From Macrostomum lignano (lineage: Eukaryota), in NCBI GenBank assembly GCA_002269645.1, contig NIVC01000622.1, positions 124,001 to 188,000 of the forward strand: DNA of 64,000 nt. The letters run 5' to 3'. The notes beneath the pieces are model-generated. The model saw only the letters and a program-made list of their open reading frames with translations. It ran no database searches and was not told the origin of the DNA. Both the position numbers and the translations under genes were made by a program. Below are positions 45,001-57,000 of the stretch, in pieces. Positions within the stretch are counted from its first letter, which is position 1; every line of letters begins with the position of its first letter.

Positions 45001-48000
45001 CGCTTCTTTGATTGTTTACATGACGCTTCTATGATTGTTTACATGACGCTTCTATGATTGTTTATATGACGCTTCTATGATTGTTTATACGACGCTTCTA
45101 TGATTTTTACATGACGCTTCTATGCTTTTTACATGACGCTTCTATGATTATTTCATGACACTTCTACGATTTCTACAGGACGCTTCAATGATTTTTACAT
45201 GACGCTTCTATGATTTTTACATGACGCTTTGATGATTTTTTATATGACGCTTCTATGCTTTTTACATGATGCTTTTATGATTGTTTACATGACGCTTCTA
45301 TGATTGTTTATATGACGCTTCTATGATTGTTTCATGACGCTCCTATGATTTTTTCATAGAAGTCATAGAAGCGTCATGTAAACAATTATAAAAGCGTCAT
45401 GTAAAAAGCATAGAAGCATAGACGCTCCTATGATTTTTTCATGACGCTTCTATGACTTTTTAGATGACGCTTCGATGATTGTTTATATGACGCTTATATG
45501 CTTCTTATATGACGCTTCTATGATTGTTTACATGACGCTTCTATGATTTTTTACATGACGCTTCTATGATTTTTTACATGACGCTTCTATGATTTTTTAG
45601 ATGACGCTTCTATGATTTTTTACATGACGCTTCTATGACTTTTTAGATGACGCTTCTATGATTGTTTACATGACGCTTCTAAGATTTTTTACATGACGCT
45701 TTTATGATTTTTTACATGACGCTTTTATGATTTTTTACATGACGCTTTTATGATTTTTTACATGACGCTTCCATGATTTTTTAGTTTTCTTGGCGTTAAA
45801 AGCTTTAATTAAAAAACTCCACTCTTTCAAAATTCGAACCATCGTCCCTGCATTTAGCAGTTCAGTCTGTTTACTCCAAGCATAGAGTAAATCACACGAG
45901 GCAGTTATGACATAATCAATTTCTCAGTCAGTCAGTATCAGTTAACAATATGGTTACGCAATCTAAATCAAGTCTAGTGCTACGCTTCCACACTGCATTT
46001 TCAATACTGTGACGCAATTCAAGTCGGAGTTACAATTCAGTTATGATGCAATCTATTTCAGAATCAGAATTCAACCAGTCAGTTTTTTCTCTAGCATTCT
46101 TACAATGCATTTCAAGTCGAAAAGTTTGCTTGACCTTTGCAAAAAAGCATGTTTTTCGAATATTTAATCACTTTAAAATGGAGCAATTTCTTAGCCAAGA
46201 TGCATGTACCGTCACGGGAAAATTTCTGATCGAACAGTGCAAGTTCGAACAAAATCGGTCCAGCCATTTTTTCTCTAATCGATTGCGTACAAACAAGCAA
46301 CTCATTTTTAGTATATAGGATTATCTGCTTACTTTTTATTATTCTTTAATTTTTTCAATGGCCATAAATCAGCAAAGACATATGATACAATGCAAATGAG
46401 ATTGAATATGATTTGTAAAAAAGGTCACAGTGCTTGCTTACGTACACAGACAGTGGTTATGATGCTGCCAGTAAAATTGGTATGCCAATTTTGTTGTTCT
46501 GTTGTGTGTGTACACAGATACGCAGATATACCAGTTTTCTAAAAATCTGTACGCCAAAACTGATTCTAATGGCCAAGTGTACGCGGGAATATTCCTGCGT
46601 ACAGACACCTTCCTGACTATGTAGTAGAACAAGATTAGCAATGAGAAGTAAGGTCTGATTGTCACCACTTTATGGCGCGGCAATAGTCTGCTAAAGTTTT
46701 ATTCTAGGAAAGTTTATGCTAAGGTTTATTCTAGCTTACATTGCCAAACAGCTAGTCAATCTAAAATTTTTTTGACTCAATGATATCCAGCGCTAAAGTG
46801 TTTATTTGTTTATTGTGTCATTTTGTTTTTAGTTTTTCTCAACGATAAGTAAACAATTTTTGTAAAAGCACTGGATATCTAATGTTATATGAGTAGAATG
46901 ATCAAATTGATGCCCCCAGGATTAAATTAAACTGTGCTATGCCAACACATGTTGACCATCAACAAAAAAATTTCAGTCTCACAAGTCTGATTTCTGTATC
47001 TATGATTAAATTGAAAGCTTGCAGTACCAACTAGGCCGCATAACCCTATTGGAATAAGTTTCAAAAACCCGCGGATGCGCAACACGGGTGCCAAAATTGT
47101 GCCCTCAAAAGTGCGACGCCACACCAAATTTGTTGACTGGGGGGCGGCAATGCAACGTCGATGTCTGATGACTGGGGGGGGGGGATGCCACAGCAGCAAC
47201 GTTGCAATTGACAATTCCTGTTCTGCCATTCACTCGCGATACCGAGACCATGGGGCAAGGGACGAGAGTATTCCTTTCAATTTCGCAGAAAAAGAAATAA
47301 AATTTAAAAACAATAAACAGTAAAACAACAAAGGTACAACACTTAGAAAAACAGTGCATGCATTGTAACTAACAAGTAACATTTCTAAAAATTATATTTG
47401 AAGTATTAGTTATTTTACCTCAAAATAAAAAAGAACAATTCAAGAGCTAGTTATTATCAAACATGTTTGAAACATTTAAATACTGAGAAACAACTGTGAA
47501 CACATTACAATGAAACACAGTTTGCGAGATTTAGGCTACAGATCCAGGCTGCAACGGGACACATGACAATGCCAGCCACCAAATTGCCACACTGTCATGT
47601 TGCGCGACGCAATGCATGATAACACCAGGTTTCCATTGTGTCGCACGACATGACACACCACTTGACACCACTGTCACGCGACGCGACACCAGGAGAATCC
47701 AAAAATGCGACAGACAGTTGTCTGTGTTTTGTCAACTTATTCCAATAGGGCCACAAAAAGGAATATTTTGTTAAAATGATCAACTTGATAAAACCCATAG
47801 CATTTTAACAGTATTAATCCTATTGGAATAAATATTGAAAACTTCTCTATGCTCACTTTAGAAAAAGAGTTGAAATTTTTTACTGTGCTTTAGGATTATT
47901 AGAAATCATTTTATATTAAAATCAAAATTTGCTAACTTTCTGAAATTGTTATTGAAAAATTCTTTAAAATCAAAATTCAGAAAAACAAAGTTTGGTACAA

Positions 48001-51000
48001 GCTATGACCAAAACTCACCTTTTTACTCTTGATTTACTGCTTATGCAAAACAAAATACATGTATATGTAGCACAAATTAGTTTATTTTTAGCCACTCTTT
48101 TACATACTTTACTTCATCTGGGAAGGATATAGGTTGTACGCTTCACTCTCTGCCTCACATTATTCATGACTTACCATCTCACCTAAACTTGTTCACCAAT
48201 TCTTGACCAATCATGCATTGCTTCACCCCACCCCCCAATATTAACTAATAAATATATTGAGCAAACAAAGCCACACAGAGACCACCTTTCTCGTCACGCA
48301 AACCTAGACTTCACATAAACCAAGTGTAAGAATATAGCATCATATAATATCACTATAGACAATACTATTCTATACTATGAAACTCAAATTCCAACATATC
48401 AAGGCATTAAGTGTAAGTGTTTTTTGATTTGCTATTTGTTTGACTATATGATCTAGTAATGATTGTTATTTTAAAATATTTTCCAGTGTGAGTATTAAAT
48501 ATGTTTTTATAAATAAAAGCTAGTCTTTAATTAATATAACAAAATTATTCTTATATTCTTCTTCTTAATAAATGCTATTATTGTTTGCAATTCTTTTAAA
48601 ATTTAGACTTTAGACTAAATTAGATTTAGACTTGCTACAAATATATACTCGAATTTACCATTTTCATTAAAAATGTATGATTATTTCAATTTCTAAAAGA
48701 TAATAAAATGTTTCACTTTTTAACTAAGCATAAGATTAAGAACAAAATTTCGAATGTTCCTAAAGCAACACAAGTGACATAAATGTGTTTATGCATTGAA
48801 TATATGCTTTCATAGAATATTTTTATAAATAATTAATTCACTTGCACTGTTTCACTTTGCACACAGGTGATGTCCGCCTTGAAAACCTCAACATCAAGCC
48901 AAACGCGCTTGAAGGTTTGGAAATTCCCATCGAGGTCAAGCAGGGCCACCTGGGCCGCCTGGTACTCAAAATTCCCTGGAAGAATTTGTACACGGAACCA
49001 ACAGTGGCAGAAATTGACGGCCTCTACATCTTGGCTGTGCCAATCTTTGGAATGAAGTTCGATCCTGAGAAGGAACGACAGTTTGACTTCGAGGTAATGC
49101 CGTGCCGTGCAGAGTGGATGTGAAATCTTGGGTCTATTTCCCTGAAATTATTAGTTTTTCTGAAGCATATTACTTTCTTTAAAGGATATTACCATTTTCA
49201 TGAAGCAGATTACAGTTTCCCTGAATGGTATTACAGTTTCCTTGGATAATATTACAGTTTTCCTGGATGATATTACAGTTTCCCTGGATGATATTACAAT
49301 TTCCCTGAATGGTATTACAGTTTCCCTGAATGATATTACAGTTTCCCTGGATGATATTACAGTTTCCCTGGATGATATTACAGTTTTCCTGGATGATATT
49401 ACAGTTTCCCTGGATGATATTACAGTTTCCCTGAATGATATTACAGTTTCCTTGGATAATATTACAGTTTCCCTGGATGATATTACAATTTCCCTGAATG
49501 GTATTACAGTTTCCCTGAATGATATTACAGCTCCCCTGGATGATATTACAGTTTTCCTGGATGATATTACAGTTTCCCTGAATGATATTACAGTTTCTCT
49601 GAATGATATTACATTTTCCCTGAATGGTATTACAGTTTCCCTGAATGATATTACAGTTTCTCTGAGTAATATTACAGTTTTCCTGAGTGATATTACAGTT
49701 TCCCTGAATGATATTACAGTTTCCCTGAATGATATTACAGTTTCCCTGAAGCATATTACAGTTTCCATGAATCATATTACAGTTTCCCTGGATGATATTA
49801 CAATTTCCCTGAATGGTATTACAGTTTCCCTGAATGATATTACAGCTCCCCTGGATGATATTACAGTTTTCCTGGATGATATTACAGTTTCCCTGAATGA
49901 TATTACAGTTTCTCTGAATGATATTACATTTTCCCTGAATGGTATTACAGTTTCCCTGAATGACATACAGTTTCTCTGAGTGATATTACAGTTTTCCTGA
50001 GTGATATTACAGTTTCCCTGAATGATATTACAGTTTCCCTGAATGATATTACAGTTTCCCTGAAGCATATTACAGTTTCCATGAATCATATTACAGTTTC
50101 CATGAATTATATTGCAGTTTCTCTGAATGGTATTACAGTTTCCCTGAAGTATATTACAAATTCCCTGAAGGATATTACAATGTCCCTGAAGCATATTACA
50201 ATGTCCCTGAAGCATATTACAGTTTGCCTGAATGATAATACAGTTTCCCTGAAGCATATTACAGTTTCCCTAAAGCATATTACAGTTTCTCTGAGTGATA
50301 TTACAGTTTCTCTGAGTGATATTACAGTTTATCTGAGTGATATTACAGTTTTCCTGAGTGATATTAAGGTTTCTCTGAGTGATAATACAGTTTCTCTGAG
50401 TGATATTACAGTTTCTCTGAGTGATATTACAGTTTTCCTGAAGGATATTACAGTTTCTCTGAGTGATATTACAGTTTATCTGAGTGATATTACAGTTTTC
50501 CTGAGTGATATTAAGGTTTCTCTGAGTGATAATACAGTTTCTCTGAGTGATATTACAGTTTCTCTGAGTGATATTACAGTTTCTCTGAGTGATATTACAG
50601 TTTATCTGAGTGATAATACAGTTTCTCTGAGTGATATTACAGTTTCTCTGAGTGATATTACAGTTTCTCTAAGTGATATTACAGTTTCCCTGAGTGATAT
50701 AACAGTTTCCTTGAAGCATATTACAGTTTCCCTGAAGCATATTACAGTTTCCCTAAAGGATAATACAGTTTCCCTGAGTGATATTACAGTTTATGTCAAT
50801 GATATTACAGCTTTCTAAAAGATATTCATAATAGAGTTTCCCCAAAGCACACCAAAATAAACTGTTAAATGCATTGCTAAATATGCAATGAGCAAAGTCT
50901 CATTCATGACATCCCATCGCCTGTGTCCGCAATCCTCGCCGTGCCCAGTCCAAGATGAAGAAGGTCCGCCAGTACGAGGACAACCGAGCGAGAGCCGCAC

Positions 51001-54000
51001 TGGCTGCCAACACCAAGGAGACAGTTGATCTTGGCTTCGCCGAGAAGATGGCCCTGCAGGTGATTAAAAATCTGCAGGTAAATGTTCGCAACGTGCACAT
51101 CCGGTACGAGGATCGGGTCACGTGCCCTGACTACCCCTTCACCACGGGAGTCTGTTTGGAGTCGTTCAGCTTTCAAACCACCACAGCTGAGTGGAGACCG
51201 ACAACTGTGCGCGAGAATGTCACCCAGCTGTTTCACAAGGTGAGTCTTCGGTGGACTAAGAGTCGTTGTTTGTTTTGGAGGCTCGAATTCACTTGAATAG
51301 TACAATAGCTACCAAGGTTCAAAGGGTCAACTCAAACCCTATACCCCTAACCTAAATCCTATAACCCTAACCTAAATCCTATAACCCTAACCTAAATCGT
51401 ATAACCCTAACCTAAATCCTATAACCCTAACCTAAATCCTATAACCCTAACCTAAATCCTATAACCCTAACCTAAATCCTATAACCCTAACCTAAATCCT
51501 ATAACCTTAGCCTAAACAGGAAACCTAAATCATATTAACCTTAACCTAAATCCTATAACCCTAACCCCAATCCTATAACACGAAACCTAAATCTTAACAC
51601 TAAACCTGAATCCAATGTAACTAAGCCTAAATCTAATATTACTGAACCTAAGTCCTATATTACTAAACTTAAATCCCATAACCCCTAAACCTTAATCCTT
51701 AACGCAAAATCTAAATCCTATAACCCAATAGCATTGCTTTTTTACAGCTGCAATGTCCGTACTGTTTGAGTATTATGTTAACACACAGCAGGGCGCATCG
51801 AACTAAGTTCTATCTGATCTTTATAATGCTGTATGTATTGCCAGTTAATCTCCTTTGCAATTACGCATGCAACAACCGCCCTCGCTTGCTTCCTGTCGGT
51901 ATATGAACTAAAATCTATATTCCTATGGGAAAGCCGTATGAGAATGCTAAATGCAATCTACTACATCTGATCTATCTATATTCAAGCTTGTTTATATTTA
52001 TAAAGCTTTATCTTTTAATTTTCAGCTACTCGACCTGAAATGTCTGTCCGTGTACTACAACTCGCTGGCCAATATGACTGCCGCTGCGCTCAAAGAGGAC
52101 TTCTATTCGGAGATATCCGTTAATGAGCATGATAGAATGCGGGTGAAACTGATGCTGGAGGTGAGTTCCGTTTATCTGGCTCTGATAGTATCGATTGAGT
52201 CTCAAAATTAATTTTATTTTTCTTTCAAAGCTACAGTCCTCAAATTCAAAGCTACAGTCCCCAAATTCAAAACTACAGTCTTCAAATTCAAAGCTACAGT
52301 CCTCAAATTCAAAGCTACAGTCCTCAAATTCAAAACTACAGTCCTCAAATTCAAAGCTACAGTCCTCAAATTCAAAGCTACAGTCCTCAAATTCAAAGCT
52401 ACAGTCCCCAAATTCAAAACTACAGTCCTCAAATTCAAAACTACAGTCCTCAAATTCAAAGCTTCCACCCCCTCCCCCCCTACAGGAGAAGATGTCTCAA
52501 GTGTTCTCAAATCGGAAGCCGAATCTGCAGTACAGTAAGTTTTATCATTGACACACTTTTAAATAGTTCAATGCATAGAAGCCTGTGCTACACTGTACAA
52601 TTTGCTGCCAAATTTCAGTTATCAAGCCTATCTCGGCCAGGGCCAGATTCCGTTATGAAGCTTTCCCTGAGCAGTCCGGCTATGTCAGACCTCAGATTTG
52701 GCTGGACTTAGATTTCAACGAGCTGAGCTTGCAGTTTTCCAAGAGCCAGTACACCACTCTGGTAGTGTTTGGGGATAGCATCGACCGCATTGTCACTATG
52801 AACAAGTACAGGAAGTACCGCATTAAGCCGGGTACCGACCGGCTGACGGCGACAGAGAAGTGGCGCTTCGCCTACAAGGTGGTGTGCAGCGAGGTGGTGC
52901 GCCGGCGCCGCAACATGTGGTCCTGGGAGCGGATGAAGTCGCACAGGGCGGCCTGTCGGGCCTACACGAAGTTGTGCAAGAAACGGCTGAAAAAGGAGAA
53001 GTATGACTCTGCTGCGTTGGAGAGATACGAGATGGAGCTTGATGGATTCAATATTATCCTGTGCCGGCAGCTGGCTGAAGGCTTGGTGAGTTGTTGAGCC
53101 TTTCTAATCTGTTCTCCGTTGCACTAGCTCAAAATTGTTTCTAATCGGCAATATTTCTATTTGTTAATCAATTATCGATTATTAATCCTCTGTGCGGTTT
53201 GATGTCGGTTATTAAGATGAATTAATTTACTACCAACACACTTACCTGTTTTATATCTGTTCGAATTCCATTATTCCGTGTTAAAGGTGTCTTACGAGGT
53301 AAGAAGTGTTGAGGAATCAATTTATTTTTTGGACCGTCTGTCTCAGCTTTGAATGTTTTTTTATACCCGACAGTCTCCGATGAAGATCCTTTTAATGTTT
53401 TATATGAGTCATCAGTCTGCTATTGATGCTATGCAAACAATAGCGTATTATTGATTTTATGGAACAGAGAAATTAAAAATCAAGGAAGAGCTACCGACAA
53501 ACAAGGTCACGAAAGAAGTCAAAGAGTCGAAGACAAGTGAAAAAGAAAATAACATACGAAAATCGATATACAAACTACGAAAAAACTAAGAATTAAAATA
53601 AGATTAAAAACTTCGATAAAATCAACAAGATAACAACCAACTACAAAAGTATTAATAACAAGACGTCACAACCAACTACAAATCAGGAACAACAAGACGT
53701 CACATCCAACTACAAATCAGCAACAACAAAACGTCACAACCAACTACAAATCAGCAACAACAAGACGTCACATTCAACTGCAAAATTAGCAACAAGACGT
53801 CACAACCAACTACAAATCAGCAACAACAAGACGTCACATTCAACTAAAAAATCAGCAACAAGACGTCATAACCAGCTACAAATCAGCAACAACAAGACGT
53901 CACAACCAACTACAAAATCAGCAACAACAATACGTCACAACCAACTACAAATCAGCAACAACAAGACGTCACAACCAACTACAAAATCAGCAGCAACAAG

Positions 54001-57000
54001 ACGTCACATTCAACTACAAATCAGCAACAACAAGACGTCACAACCAACTACAAATCAGCAACAACAAGACGTCACAACCAACTACAAAATCAGCAGCAAC
54101 AAGACGTCACATTCAACTACAAATCAGCAACAACAAGACGTCACAACCAACTACAAATCAGCAACAACAAGACGTCACAACCAACTACAAAATCAGCAGC
54201 AACAAGACGTCACATTCAACTACAAATCAGCAACAACAAGACGTCACATTCAACTACAAATCAGCAACAACAAGACGCCACAACCAACTACAAAATCAGC
54301 AGCAACAAGACGTCACATTCAACTACAAATCAGCAACAACAAGACGTCACATTCAACTACAAATCAGCAACAACAAGACGCCACAACCAACTACAAAATC
54401 AGCAACAACAAGACGCCACAACCAACTACAAAATCAGCAGCAACAAGACGTCACATTCAACTACAAATCAGCAACAACAAGACGTCACATTCAACTACAA
54501 ATCAGCAACAACAAGACGTCACATTCTACTACGAATCAGCAACAACAAGACGCCACAACCAACTACAAAATCAGCAACAACAAGACGTCACATTCAACTA
54601 CAAATCAGCAACAACAAGACGCCACAACCAACTACAAAATCAGCAACAACAAGACGTCACATTCAACTACAAATCAGCAACAACAAGACGTCACATTCAA
54701 CTACAAATCAGCAACAACAAGACGCCACAACCAACTACAAAATCAGCAACAACCACAACCAACTACAAAATCAGCACCAAAACCAACTATACACAAAATC
54801 AGTAACAACAGAAAAACAAAAACAACTGCAAAATCAGTTGAATCTTATACTGATACAGGTTTTACACTGCAATACTCGTCAATATCAGCAATTTTAAACC
54901 GCTTTTAAAGTGTAGCCTTCTGTCCACTATTTTCCTGTTTCGTTTTTCTCAGTTTCAACTTCAGTCAGTTTTGTCTGTTGTTATAATTAATGAATAATAA
55001 AATTATTTTGAAAACGCCAGGTTCTTACGGATGTTTAGTTGCAGCGACAAATCAGTTTAGTAAAGATGTCTGATATTTTAGAAATCGACCTAAATATTTG
55101 CTTTTAGATTCACTACTCACGCAAGCCAGTTAAACTTGTTAAGAAGCACGTGCTGCCAATGAAGGAGATGAAAGACAGTAAGGTAGTCACAGCGCAGGGC
55201 AAAGTGCTGCTGGTAAGCCGTCCCCTAAACATTCGGCACTAAACATTTTGTGTGTGTCTGTGTGCTCGTGCTCAAGCACAGGTCACTCACTGATCAGGTT
55301 TAATTCAACCTTATTATCATAATTACCCTTTGGATAAAAATCAATAGTTTTACTATTTAGCAACAATAATAAAATAGATGTTGTGACTGAGTTTTCGTTT
55401 CACTCTATAATTTCGAGTTGGAAGACCTTCTAATTTTTGCCTAATGACTCACCTTATGTCTGTCGTATCGCGCGTTCCGGATCTTGGTCTCTATACTTTC
55501 ATAATAATATCTGCATCTTGAAGAGAAACTCCATCAGGTGTTGTAGACGTGCAAATCAAATGTCTTTTTTTTTAAATCGATGTTGTTGCCTCTTGAATCA
55601 GTCTTCATCATACTGAGTTTGCTGAGCGCTGAGGTGACTATGTGTGCTACCGGTATTAAGCTGATAAAGTGATGCTAACTACTTAAAGTACACTTTGTAC
55701 TCAGTTATCAGGCACAGGCTCGAGAGCCCCCCTCGGGATGAAATATCTTGTATTCTACCTTATATCTCTTCTACCTCTCTCATATCTCTCTCCTCTCTCG
55801 CTCCTCTCTCTCGTAGATAAGAATAGATGTATAAAGAACGGAAATTTGATATTTCTCCTATCTTTCCCATATCCCTCTCCTATCTCTCATATCTCTCTCC
55901 TATCTCTCTCCTATCTCTCTCATATCTATCTCCTATCTCTCTCCTATCTCTCTCATATCTATCTCCTATCTCTCTCCTATCTCTCTCATATCTATCTCCT
56001 ATCTCTCTCCTATCTCTCTCATATCTATCTCCTATCTCTCTCCTATCTCTCTCCTATCTCTCTCCTATCTATCTCCTATCTCTCTCCGATCTCTCTCATA
56101 TCTATCTTCTATCTCTCCCCGATCTCTCTCTTATCTCTCTCTATATCTCTCTCCTGTATCTCTCCTTTCTCTCTTCTATTTCTCCCAAATCTCCCATATT
56201 TCTCATATATTTTCTATCTCTATCATATTTCTATTGTATCTTGATCATCCGTGTACGATATAGATTGAAAAAAATCAGTTTAAGTGCAAACGCCATTGTC
56301 ACAACAAGTGCTATAATATGTATATATCTACACACGGACGCACACAAAAACAGAATTAGGTTAGGGGACGGTTGAGGTAATTGGGGTTTTTCTCTCGCGG
56401 GTCAGTTTTGATTTCCTATAATTCTCTAATGCGCAATGTGCAAAACTTTTTGCTAACAAATTTTTTTTTTAACAGCAAAGCATATCTGCTACACCAGTTA
56501 AATATTATCCTTTCTGAACCTGGGCTGGGTGCATTTACATCCGCGCTGCTAAAAGGTGTTGAGTGTATATATATTTTCTCTTGCATGAATATAATACGCT
56601 AGATTTGTCCCCGTAAGCGACATATTAAATCGGTAACGCCATTGTTATAGATTTGAGTATAACAAAACTACTAGTCTACTTTGCTAACCCCTTGTTCCTA
56701 TCCCAAAACTTTTTACCGCATTCAACTAGAAGAAAGTAAAATTCAAACTTGAATTTCTAGTTAAACAAATCGGCCGAGGTATGCCTTGATGTTGTCATGA
56801 TAATCATTTCAATTTATTAATTAGTCATGTTTGTCTAGGCTGCTAATTTAGTGCAGGGGTCGGCGAACTCGTGGGCCATTGGGTCTTTTGAAACTTCAGG
56901 ACCTCTGAAGGTTTGTGTCTCTTCTCAGCTCTCTTCTCTCCCCTTCATGTCTCTTCATTAGCCTTTCATTAGCCTCTCATTACTCATTAGTCTCTTCACT

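Larger units (their letters stand above)
42798..47037. mobile_element. ~4.2-kb non-coding element with long inverted terminal repeats (foldback-like)
   Basis: 42798-42940 is the reverse complement (diverged) of 46893-47037. A second inner pair lies at 43107-43150 / 46590-46622. No TSD identified and no ORF. Confidence 0.65.

Noticed and set aside
49151-50818. Long ORFs on both strands with heptad repeats (NCNIIQG, ITVSLND, RETVISF) resembling coiled-coil or ice-binding proteins
   Set aside because: They are translations of a 21-bp minisatellite inside VPS13 intron 2. They are open in several frames and both strands, with no unique sequence.
53630-54790. CRISPR-like regular ~34-bp repeats
   Set aside because: Units are head-to-tail with no unique spacers, there are no cas genes, and the context is a eukaryotic intron.
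55738-56375. Hydrophobic Leu/Ser/Tyr/Ile ORFs that look like membrane proteins (also 38936-39547)
   Set aside because: Translations of CT/GA low-complexity repeats.
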